Part shown: one piece after another, positions 56,367-64,000 of the stretch
Numbering within the stretch: the stretch's first letter is position 1
Layout: each line of letters starts with the position of its first letter
Assembly (NCBI GenBank): GCA_913045265.1
Contig: CAJWQX010000008.1
Coordinates: 975 to 64,974, forward strand
Origin: an uncultured Gammaproteobacteria bacterium
Lineage (GTDB): Bacteria; Pseudomonadota; Gammaproteobacteria; Pseudomonadales; Azotimanducaceae
DNA: 64,000 nucleotides
Direction of reading: 5' to 3'
The notes under the pieces: generated by a model
What the model was told of the DNA's origin: nothing
The model's database searches: none
Seen by the model: only the letters and a program-made list of their open reading frames with translations
Position numbers and translations under genes: made by a program

Positions 56367-56422
56367 GTGGTCGAGCGAACCTCTTTGAGGGTGCTAATGC
56401 GCTTTGGCCCCGGGCGACCGTC

Positions 56423-56797
56423 GTGGGGGGTCATGGAAGGATTCGCGAGCGACTCGACGATTCTAGGGTATTCGAACAGTTGACTTTCGTGCCGACAGGC
56501 GAGGGAGAACACGTCTTTCCTGAAATTGAAAAGCGGGGTCGGGAGTCAATGCCGACGACGGGTGCGATTCGGGATCTCGAGATAGGAGCGATCGCAAACG
56601 AAGATTGTATACGCGATGCGCTTGAGAGCGTTGGCTTGAAACAAGATCGAAGAGCATTGACAGCGCGGTCATCCAATCTGTCTTATCGGTTGAACGGAGC
56701 TCGATTGAGCTTACGTTTTTTTCTACCCAAGGGCGGATCCGCGACTATCTTTCTTAGAGAAGCGCTCGACCTTGAGGTGGTAGCGAGTGGGCGCTAA
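56423..56797 (+). pseudogene. truD: Internally deleted, in-frame relic of tRNA pseudouridine synthase D (truD)
   Basis: The 124-aa ORF keeps the TruD N-terminal segment (FVPTGEGEHVF, compare E. coli FEPDGEGEHIL) and C-terminal segment (RRAL..LSY..LSLRFFLPKGGSATIFLREAL, compare RRAM..[24 protein letters not shown]). It lacks about 225 residues, including the catalytic GxKDK(H)A Asp motif. Confidence 0.6.
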
Positions 56798-56816
56798 AAA
56801 CATACAAGGAATAGGG

Positions 56817-57449
56817 ATGACGTCGGAGCGGACCCGGCGCCGTTTCGTCGACCGCCTGGAGAAAAATGGTGTCTCAAATACCCGTGTACTAGCCGCGATG
56901 GATAGTATTCCTCGGCACGTATTTGTTGATGAAGCGCTCGCGCATAGAGCTTACGAGGACTCCGCGCTTCCGATTGGATTTAATCAGACGATTTCTCAGC
57001 CACTGGTCGTGGGCCTAATGACACAGCTACTCCTGGAGTCTAATCCCAGTCGCGTACTTGAAATTGGCACTGGATCTGGCTATCAAACAGCGATTCTTTC
57101 CGAACTCGTGGAAACGGTTTACACCGTTGAACGGATCAGCGGATTAGCTGATCGGGCCAGGGAAACATTCCGTTTGCTGAATGTTACGAACGTCCGCCAA
57201 AAACATGACGATGGCAATTTGGGTTGGTCTGATAAAGGACCTTTCGATGCGATTCTTGTGACCGCGGCGTCACGCGGGTTACCCGAAGCGTTACTCGACC
57301 AACTTGTGGAGCAGGGACGAATGGTCATACCCGTCGGCGATGGCGATGTGCAAGAGCTGAAAGTGATCGATCGAATGGGGGATGCGTGGCAGCAGGAAAC
57401 GGTTGACTACGTTCGGTTTGTTCCGCTGGTGGGTGGCACTATTCGGTGA
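56817..57449 (+). CDS. pcm: Protein-L-isoaspartate O-methyltransferase
   Basis: The ATG at 56817 is preceded by AAGGA. QTISQP, LEIGTGSGYQTA (SAM motif) and MVIPVG are present. Confidence 0.93.
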   Translation: MTSERTRRRFVDRLEKNGVSNTRVLAAMDSIPRHVFVDEALAHRAYEDSALPIGFNQTISQPLVVGLMTQLLLESNPSRVLEIGTGSGYQTAILSELVETVYTVERISGLADRARETFRLLNVTNVRQKHDDGNLGWSDKGPFDAILVTAASRGLPEALLDQLVEQGRMVIPVGDGDVQELKVIDRMGDAWQQETVDYVRFVPLVGGTIR

Positions 57450-58318
57450 AGAAGCTACCAGATGTTGAAATGCTAGGCATATTGGCACGCGGCGTGGCGA
57501 TGGGTATTGCGGAAATTGTTCCGGGGATTTCTGGGAGCACGATTGCCCTCATCACTGGAATTTATGACCGGATGATCAACGCGCTGGCGTCCTTTTCAGC
57601 AGCGTCTGCAACGATGCTTTTTCGCAAGGGTTGGCGTGTGTTTTATGCGCATCACGACGTCGGGTTTGTGTGTGTTTTGTTAGTGGGCATGATACTTAGT
57701 CAACTGGTACTCGCTAATGTGATTCGGTTCCTTCTCGACACAGCACCGCTATACGTGTGGGGGTTCTTCTTCGGGCTTGTGGCCGCAGCCGTCATTCAAA
57801 TTGGGTCCAGAGTAAAGCCGCGAATTCTTGCGGTGGCTGGGATTTGTGGGTTTTTTGTCGGCGGGACGTTTGCGTTTCTTCCAGCACAGACGACTGAACT
57901 CTGGCTACCTCTAGTGTTCGTGGGCGGCATACTCGCGGTGGCCGCGTGGATGCTGCCCGGGATTTCCGGAAGTCTCGTGCTGGTAATCCTGGGCCTTTAC
58001 GGCCCAATGCTGAAAGCTCTTACGTCGCCGGATTTGATCCCGCTACTGACCTTTGGACTGGGTTTGGTCACGGGCCTGGTCGCGTTCGCACGGGTTATTC
58101 GGTACCTCTTTCACCATTACCGCGATGTAGTATTGGGTTTCCTCACGGGACTAATGGCCGGATCCCTCATGGTGCTCTGGCCTTGGCGCATCGGTACAGA
58201 TCTTCTATGGCCGACGCATTACGCGCTGGGTTCTCCATGGGTTGGAGTAGCGGGCATGATGGCGCTCGGAATCGCGACGGTGTTTATGCTCGTATTCGCA
58301 AGTCGGCGTGTGGACTAA
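57446..58318 (+). CDS. DUF368-family membrane protein (PopT-like candidate polyprenyl-phosphate transporter)
   Basis: The polytopic membrane protein carries the duplicated DUF368 signature (IVPGISGSTIALITGIY and MLPGISGSLVLVILGLY). The GTG start overlaps the pcm stop, and the 3' end overlaps the nlpD start. Confidence 0.75.
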   Translation: MKKLPDVEMLGILARGVAMGIAEIVPGISGSTIALITGIYDRMINALASFSAASATMLFRKGWRVFYAHHDVGFVCVLLVGMILSQLVLANVIRFLLDTAPLYVWGFFFGLVAAAVIQIGSRVKPRILAVAGICGFFVGGTFAFLPAQTTELWLPLVFVGGILAVAAWMLPGISGSLVLVILGLYGPMLKALTSPDLIPLLTFGLGLVTGLVAFARVIRYLFHHYRDVVLGFLTGLMAGSLMVLWPWRIGTDLLWPTHYALGSPWVGVAGMMALGIATVFMLVFASRRVD

Positions 58319-59030
58319 AACCGTACTGCTGTCTTACGGTCTGGTCTTCCTGAGTGGTTGCACCACTGAGTCAAGAGCCGTCGTGGTCGAGCGCTCTTCA
58401 ATTAGCTTGCGAGACACGAATTATTACGTGGTGGCGCCAGGCGATTCCTTGTACTCGATAGCTTGGCGTTTCGATACGCAAGCAAAACTCTTGGCTGAAT
58501 ATAACGAAATTGATCCGCCGTACTTAATTCAACCGGGTTGGCGTCTTTCTCTTTGGTCTAAAAACACTCGCCTTAGCGATAAAAATCACAACAACAAAGT
58601 CAAGAAATCTATCCGTAGGCCCGATACGGAGGGTGGGGACTCCCCTAAAACGGTAGTTCAAAGGTATACAGGGGCGTGGCGTTGGCCTGTGGAGGCTGTC
58701 GTGACTCGTCCTTTTGGATCGGGTAACAAAGGCATTGATTACGTGCTTGCTCGTGGTCAGACGATTCATGCGGCAGCGAAAGGCCTGGTGGTATATACCG
58801 GCCCGGGCCTCGGTGGTTACCGCAATTTGGTAATCGTCAAGCATGACGCTAGCTATCTTTCAGCCTATGGGATCAATACGGACTACTTAGTTGCGGAGGG
58901 TGATGCAGTTGGCCCGGATAAAGGAATCGCACGCGTGCTAAGTTCGGTGAATAATGGCGGAAAATTTCACTTTGAGGTACGCCGCGAAGGCAACCCCGTG
59001 AATCCCCACCAACTTGTGTCGACCAGGTGA
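58308..59030 (+). CDS. nlpD: LysM + M23 peptidase-family lipoprotein NlpD
   Basis: It has the lipobox LSGC, a LysM domain (YVVAPGDSLYSIAWRF) and a C-terminal M23/LytM domain (GIDYV..., FHFEVRREGNPVNP). It sits downstream of pcm. Confidence 0.88.
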   Translation: MWTKTVLLSYGLVFLSGCTTESRAVVVERSSISLRDTNYYVVAPGDSLYSIAWRFDTQAKLLAEYNEIDPPYLIQPGWRLSLWSKNTRLSDKNHNNKVKKSIRRPDTEGGDSPKTVVQRYTGAWRWPVEAVVTRPFGSGNKGIDYVLARGQTIHAAAKGLVVYTGPGLGGYRNLVIVKHDASYLSAYGINTDYLVAEGDAVGPDKGIARVLSSVNNGGKFHFEVRREGNPVNPHQLVSTR

Positions 59031-59110
59031 CTTCATTTGGGGTAAATCGCGTCGAATACGTTAGCTGGCGACGCTTTGTCATCGGCGTCGGTTATGACTT
59101 GACTCGATAG

Positions 59111-59434
59111 TTAGCGCTCGAGGTACTGGCGTTTATTCGCGACCTCGCGCCATTCAGCTTCATCGTCTGGAGCGTCCTTTTCCTCACTTATATTCGGCCA
59201 AATTTCAGCCATTTCGGCGTTGATTTCCATGAAATCTTGCTGATCTTCGGGCACTTCGTCCTCTGAGAATATTGCGTCGACGGGGCATTCCGGTTCACAC
59301 AAGGCGCAGTCAATGCATTCGTCCGGGTGAATGACCAGCATGTTAGGCCCTTCGTAGAAACAGTCTACTGGACATACCTCCACGCAATCTGTGAGTTTGC
59401 ACTTAATACATGCCTCGCCAATGATGAAGGTCAT
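59111..59434 (-). CDS. fdxA: 7Fe (Azotobacter-type) ferredoxin
   Basis: 107 aa with [14 protein letters not shown] and [12 protein letters not shown] cluster motifs. It is adjacent to mutS, as in Pseudomonas. Confidence 0.9.
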   Translation of the reverse strand: MTFIIGEACIKCKLTDCVEVCPVDCFYEGPNMLVIHPDECIDCALCEPECPVDAIFSEDEVPEDQQDFMEINAEMAEIWPNISEEKDAPDDEAEWREVANKRQYLER

Positions 59435-59513
59435 AAATTCGGTTCCATTTCAGCGTTACAGGACGCTGGTTGATTCAGACGAGCGCCGTATTCTAACGAT
59501 CAAGCGCTTTGGA

Positions 59514-62081
59514 TCAATCTTTTTTGGAGTTGGCGTCCCTTACAAGCTCGTAGAGCAGCTCCAGCGCTGCAAGTGGTGAGTAGTTGTCAGCATCGATTGA
59601 CCGGATACGCCCAATGATCGGATCAACTATCGGCGGTGGGCTCGAGGTTCGAGCGAAAAGATCGCCTTGCTCGTCGGCTGAAATCGCAGCTGCAGTTTCG
59701 AGGGAATGTAGCCGTTGCCTGGCATCTGCTAATACCGTTTCTGGAATTCCGGCGAGTTTCGCAACCTGCAAACCATAACTCTGAGATGCTGGGCCTTCAC
59801 GCACAGCATGAAGAAACACCACATCCCCACCGTGTTCGACGGCGTCAAGGTGGACGTTGACAATTCCTGGCAATTCATCGGGTAGCGCTGTCAATTCAAA
59901 ATAATGGGTAGCAAAGAGTGCGAAGGATCGAATCTGAGAACCGATCTCGACTGCGATCGCCCATGCCAGTGCAAGGCCATCGAACGTACTTGTTCCCCGT
60001 CCGATTTCATCGAGTAAAACCAAGCTTCGGCTTGTTGCGTTGTGGAGTATGTTGGCAGCCTCGGTCATCTCCACCATAAAAGTCGAACGCCCGCCAGCCA
60101 GGTCATCGGACGCACCGATACGAGTAAATATGCGATCGATTGGGCCTAACCGAGTAAAGCTCGACGGTACGAAACAGCCTGAATACGCCATCAGGGTGAT
60201 CAGCGCCGTTTGCCGCATATAAGTCGACTTGCCGCCCATATTAGGTCCGGTGATGATGAGCATGTGCCGGCTCTCGTTAAGTTCGATGGAGTTGGGAACG
60301 AAAGTGTTCGAGCTTGCCGATAGCACTGGGTGGCGGCCGTCCCGTATTTCGATACAAGGTGACTCGGTAAATTGAGGGCGAGTTAAACCTAAAATATCGG
60401 CAGCGGTCGCGAGAGCTTGTAATACATCGATCCGAGCAACCGTTTCGGCGATTGAACGCAAGCTTACGACGTCACCTTGAAGATAATCGATGAGCTCCTG
60501 ATAGAGACGCTTTTCGTGTCGCAACGCACGTGCCTTACTGGTAAGCACCTCGTCCTCAAAGGTTTTCAGTTCCGGGGTAATGTACCGCTCGACGTTTTTC
60601 AGGGTTTGGCGCCGTACATATTCGACCGGTAACCCCCCGGTAACTGACCGGCTGGTTTCTATGTAGTAACCGTGGACGCGGTTATAACCCACCTTAAGGG
60701 TATTTATCCCCGTGCGTTCTCTCTCTCGCGTTTCGAGTTCTTCGAGGTATCCCGTTGCGTTTTCCGATAGATCTCGCAGTTGATCGAGGTGTTCATCGAA
60801 ACCCCGCGCAATACAGCCGCCATCGCGAATGGTCGCTGGAGGCGCTTCGATCAGCGTATTTGCGAGACGTGTTTGCCAGTTGGTCTCATCGGGTAGGCAT
60901 TGGAAGGTATTTTGTATCGCTGGGACTTGAAGTGCTTCTACCAAACTCTTGAGGCGGGGGAGTGACGCAAGTCCGTCGCGCAATCGTGCCAGATCTCGCG
61001 GGCTCGCGGTGCCAAGCCCCGTGCGCGTGATGATGCGGTGCATATCGCCGATGGGACGAAGGTACGTTGCAAATTGTTCGCTCGATCTTGTTTCCAGTAT
61101 TGCTTCGATTACGTCATGGCGATGTCCGATTTCTATTTGGTCGGTGAGGGGTCCGTGGAGCCATTCACGCAGTAGTCTGGTTCCCATTGGCGTCGTGCAG
61201 TGATTAATGACTCCGAATAGCGTGTTGTTCGTCCCGCTACCATCGAGTCGGGTATCGATTTCTAGATTGCGTCGGGTTGGCCCATCGATAACGATGACGA
61301 GATCGTCGGCGTGAAGGCTGACGGTCGTTAGAAACGGTAACGACTGACACTGGGCTTCCTGAGCGTATCGGAGCACGGCGGCTGCGGCACCCAAACCGAC
61401 GGTGCAGCCGCCGATACCAAATCCGTCGAGACTGGACACGGAAAACTGATCGAGCAGTGCTTGTTGTCCGAGGCTGCTGTCGAAACGCTCTAGTTCGAGA
61501 GACGTTAGCGTTACTCCTGGCATATCGACATCGTGTCCTTCAGGAAGAAGAATTTCGGATGGTCGGATGCGCTCCAGCAGGGTTTTGAGGTCGCGGTTGG
61601 AATTTGGTTCCGCGATTCGATATTCACTGGTCGACAAGTTGAGCCAGGCGACGCCAGCGGGCAGACTATCGCTGACCGCCGGCACGAGCGCCATGAGAAT
61701 GCTTTCACGGTTGTCATCAATGAGCGCGTCTTCGGTCAGCGTTCCCGGCGTAACGATGCGTTGTACTTTTCGTTCGACTGGACCGCGACTAGATGCCGGG
61801 TCGCCAATTTGTTCACAAATCGCGACCGACTTACCTCGAGTGGTCAATCTTGCGAGATAAGAATCGACGGCGTGAAACGGTACGCCGCACATAGGAATAG
61901 GCTGCCCCGCGGACTGGCCTCGTGTGGTAAGAGTAATGTCTAAGAGTTCGGACGCTTTTTTTGCGTCGTCGAAAAAGAGCTCGTAAAAGTCTCCCATGCG
62001 GTAGAACAACAGTGCATTGGGATGGTCAGCTTTTATCCCTAGATACTGCTGCATCATCGGTGTGTGGTTAGACAAATTCAT
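59514..62081 (-). CDS. mutS: DNA mismatch repair protein MutS
   Basis: [26 protein letters not shown] is the mismatch-binding motif. Walker A is GPNMGGKST. 855 aa. Confidence 0.97.
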   Translation of the reverse strand: MNLSNHTPMMQQYLGIKADHPNALLFYRMGDFYELFFDDAKKASELLDITLTTRGQSAGQPIPMCGVPFHAVDSYLARLTTRGKSVAICEQIGDPASSRGPVERKVQRIVTPGTLTEDALIDDNRESILMALVPAVSDSLPAGVAWLNLSTSEYRIAEPNSNRDLKTLLERIRPSEILLPEGHDVDMPGVTLTSLELERFDSSLGQQALLDQFSVSSLDGFGIGGCTVGLGAAAAVLRYAQEAQCQSLPFLTTVSLHADDLVIVIDGPTRRNLEIDTRLDGSGTNNTLFGVINHCTTPMGTRLLREWLHGPLTDQIEIGHRHDVIEAILETRSSEQFATYLRPIGDMHRIITRTGLGTASPRDLARLRDGLASLPRLKSLVEALQVPAIQNTFQCLPDETNWQTRLANTLIEAPPATIRDGGCIARGFDEHLDQLRDLSENATGYLEELETRERERTGINTLKVGYNRVHGYYIETSRSVTGGLPVEYVRRQTLKNVERYITPELKTFEDEVLTSKARALRHEKRLYQELIDYLQGDVVSLRSIAETVARIDVLQALATAADILGLTRPQFTESPCIEIRDGRHPVLSASSNTFVPNSIELNESRHMLIITGPNMGGKSTYMRQTALITLMAYSGCFVPSSFTRLGPIDRIFTRIGASDDLAGGRSTFMVEMTEAANILHNATSRSLVLLDEIGRGTSTFDGLALAWAIAVEIGSQIRSFALFATHYFELTALPDELPGIVNVHLDAVEHGGDVVFLHAVREGPASQSYGLQVAKLAGIPETVLADARQRLHSLETAAAISADEQGDLFARTSSPPPIVDPIIGRIRSIDADNYSPLAALELLYELVRDANSKKD

Positions 62082-62156
62082 CGATGTCTAGCCTACGACA
62101 GATACCGAAAACGTTGAAATCTCATTTGTGATTGACGTATTTTGGCTTGCGCGTAG

Positions 62157-62176
62157 TACTGATTATATATACAGTA
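62157..62176. promoter_or_regulatory. LexA (SOS) box upstream of recA: TACTGATTATATATACAGTA
   Basis: It matches the gammaproteobacterial consensus CTG-N10-CAG perfectly (62159-62174) and has palindromic TA flanks. It lies 24 nt upstream of the recA ATG, and a TTGACG hexamer sits at 62132-62137. Confidence 0.9.
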
Positions 62177-62199
62177 CTCTGAAAACGCTGGAGATAATG

Positions 62200-63285
62200 A
62201 TGGCTGACTCAGATAAAGACCGCGCGCTATCGGCAGCTCTGTCCCAAATTGAACGCCAGTTCGGCAAAGGCTCCATGATGCGGCTTGGCGATCGCGAACA
62301 GACGTCAGTGCCATCCATATCTACGGGATCCTTGGGTTTGGATATTGCATTGGGCGTTGGGGGGTTGCCTAGGGGCAGAGTGGTGGAAATATATGGCCCA
62401 GAGTCGTCGGGTAAGACAACCCTGACGCTTCAGGTCATTGCGGAAGCTCAGAAGGCAGGCGGTACCTGCGCGTTCATCGATGCAGAGCATGCTTTGGACC
62501 CCGTTTACGCCGAGGCCCTTGGGGTCGACACCGATGAGCTATTGGTTTCACAACCCGATACAGGGGAACAAGCGCTTGAGATTTGCGACATGGTCGTCAG
62601 GTCGGGTGCAGTCGATGTCGTGGTTATCGACTCAGTCGCAGCGTTAACGCCCAAGGCGGAAATCGAAGGAGAGATGGGTGACTCTCACATTGGCCTCCAG
62701 GCACGTCTAATGAGCCAAGCACTGCGGAAAATGACAGCGAATATCAACAATTCCAATACGTTGGTGGTATTTATCAACCAAATTCGTATGAAAATTGGGG
62801 TCATGTTTGGGTCACCTGAGACCACGACAGGAGGCAATGCGCTTAAATTCTATTCTGCCGTGCGTCTGGATATTCGTCGAATCGGAGCGGTTAAGGACGG
62901 CGACGAAGTCATAGGTAACGAAACTCGGGTGAAGGTACTTAAAAATAAAGTGGCACCACCCTTTCGCCAAGCAGAGTTTCAGATTCTTTATGGCAAAGGC
63001 ATTTTTCGTGAAGGGGAGATCATAGAAATCGGCGTCGAACAGGGGATTTTGGAAAAATCGGGGGCTTGGTATTCGTACAACGGAGATCGTATTGGTCAAG
63101 GTCGAAAGAATGCGGCCGAATGGCTTGCCGAGAACGTAGATGCTCGTCGGGAAATTGAACAGCGGATTACCGAGCAGTTGCTCCCACAAAAAACGAAAAT
63201 CAACGTTGAATCGGAACAGCGCGACGTAGCGGATGGTGCAATAGACGATAACGATGAATTGGCAGGCATAAAAAACGTCGGATAG
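62200..63285 (+). CDS. recA: Recombinase RecA
   Basis: An ATG pair is at 62197/62200, with GGAG at 62190-62193. [19 protein letters not shown] and Walker [10 protein letters not shown] are present. The upstream part of the ORF-track ORF was discarded. Confidence 0.97.
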   Translation: MADSDKDRALSAALSQIERQFGKGSMMRLGDREQTSVPSISTGSLGLDIALGVGGLPRGRVVEIYGPESSGKTTLTLQVIAEAQKAGGTCAFIDAEHALDPVYAEALGVDTDELLVSQPDTGEQALEICDMVVRSGAVDVVVIDSVAALTPKAEIEGEMGDSHIGLQARLMSQALRKMTANINNSNTLVVFINQIRMKIGVMFGSPETTTGGNALKFYSAVRLDIRRIGAVKDGDEVIGNETRVKVLKNKVAPPFRQAEFQILYGKGIFREGEIIEIGVEQGILEKSGAWYSYNGDRIGQGRKNAAEWLAENVDARREIEQRITEQLLPQKTKINVESEQRDVADGAIDDNDELAGIKNVG

Positions 63286-63299
63286 CCCGATCACCCCGT

Positions 63300-63770
63300 A
63301 TGCAACTGGCCGAGGAGACTCGAGACGCCTATCAGGTTGCCGTGAAGCTGCTGTCGCAGCGAGAGCATTCGATTCAAGAGCTGCGACGGAAGCTTGCGCG
63401 TAAGGAATTCTCGAGCGACAGTATCGATGCGGTGGTCTCCACTCTTCAAGAATCGAATTTAGTCTCGGACGCTCGCTATACGGAAGTCTTCGTTCGTAGT
63501 CGGATCAATCGAGGCGACGGACCAATGAAAGTGTTGGCGTCGCTACGTGAGCGGGGGATCGATGACGAACTCATTGACCAATTCCTCCATTATGATGACG
63601 CGTTTTGGATTTCTCGCGCGGAACGTGTCCTCGATAAGAAGTTCGGGGGACGTTTAATAGTTGGCGAGGAGACGGGTTCGGACGACTGGGGTAAACGCGC
63701 GAGGTTTCTAGCAGGGAGGGGCTTTGCAGCGGAAATCATCTACCGGAGTTTAGGGCCGCAACACGGGTAG
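63300..63770 (+). CDS. recX: Recombination regulator RecX
   Basis: It is 156 aa and helical-repeat rich, with LSQREHS..EL..KL. It lies immediately downstream of recA. Confidence 0.88.
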   Translation: MQLAEETRDAYQVAVKLLSQREHSIQELRRKLARKEFSSDSIDAVVSTLQESNLVSDARYTEVFVRSRINRGDGPMKVLASLRERGIDDELIDQFLHYDDAFWISRAERVLDKKFGGRLIVGEETGSDDWGKRARFLAGRGFAAEIIYRSLGPQHG

Positions 63771-63851
63771 TCCATACACCGACGGTTGGTCTTCAGCCCC
63801 AGGTCAATCGGCGTATACTTGCCCGCCGTTTTACACCGGATTCCGGCTTTC

Positions 63852-64000
63852 ATGCGAACCGCTGACCTACGTTCCGCGTTCCTGGACTTTTTTGGTGTAC
63901 GCGATCATCGCGTCGTTGCGTCGAGCTCGCTCGTCCCAACGAACGATCCAACGATGCTTTTCACCAACGCCGGGATGGTTCAATTTAAAGACGTGCTGCT
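63852..64000 (+). CDS. alaS: Alanyl-tRNA synthetase, N-terminal fragment; continues beyond the window
   Basis: My translation from the ATG at 63852 is [49 protein letters not shown], the conserved AlaRS N-terminus. The ORF is open to the window end. The recA-recX-alaS order is canonical. Confidence 0.92.
   Translation, partial: MRTADLRSAFLDFFGVRDHRVVASSSLVPTNDPTMLFTNAGMVQFKDVL

Overview
This 64-kb window is tightly packed core-genome DNA from a gammaproteobacterium. I call about 55 protein-coding genes on both strands, many with overlapping or abutting stop and start codons.

Gene order follows the Pseudomonas-type housekeeping backbone:
- zipA-ligA, dinG, nrdAB, glpK
- argF-argD, grxD/rnt, argG, nth-metG/apbC-dcd
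- purM/DUF2066/CDP-alcohol transferase/hda, serA, mnmC, desA, argS
- the long envelope and replication block uppS-cdsA-rseP-bamA-skp-lpxD-fabZ-lpxB-rnhB-dnaE-tilS-pyrG-kdsA-eno-ftsB-(truD relic)-pcm-DUF368-nlpD
- fdxA-mutS, recA-recX-alaS

I found no rRNA, tRNA, CRISPR array, transposase, integrase, phage gene or recognisable defence or toxin module. I could not identify a discrete novel multi-gene system, and I consider this an ordinary core region.

The most interesting signal is what is absent. Several genes that normally sit in fixed positions in this backbone are cleanly missing, leaving gaps of only 20-110 bp: dxr, ispD, ispF, surE, rpoS, lpxA and accA. truD survives only as an in-frame 124-codon relic without its catalytic core. 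Three of the missing genes belong to the MEP isoprenoid pathway, while uppS, cdsA and a DUF368 undecaprenyl-phosphate-transporter-like gene are kept. This suggests genome streamlining and possibly replacement of the pathway, but only the rest of the genome can confirm that.

Secondary observations:
- a MurG paralog resembling the Firmicute type, fused to the end of the hda operon
- three NrdR-box-like palindromes at unusual spacing in the nrdA/glpK divergent region
- a textbook LexA box upstream of recA
- a membrane-anchored cold-shock-domain protein upstream of argS
- a rhodanese gene whose 3' end overlaps the mnmC start

All family assignments come from reading the supplied translations against remembered motifs and synteny. 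No database search or computation was run.
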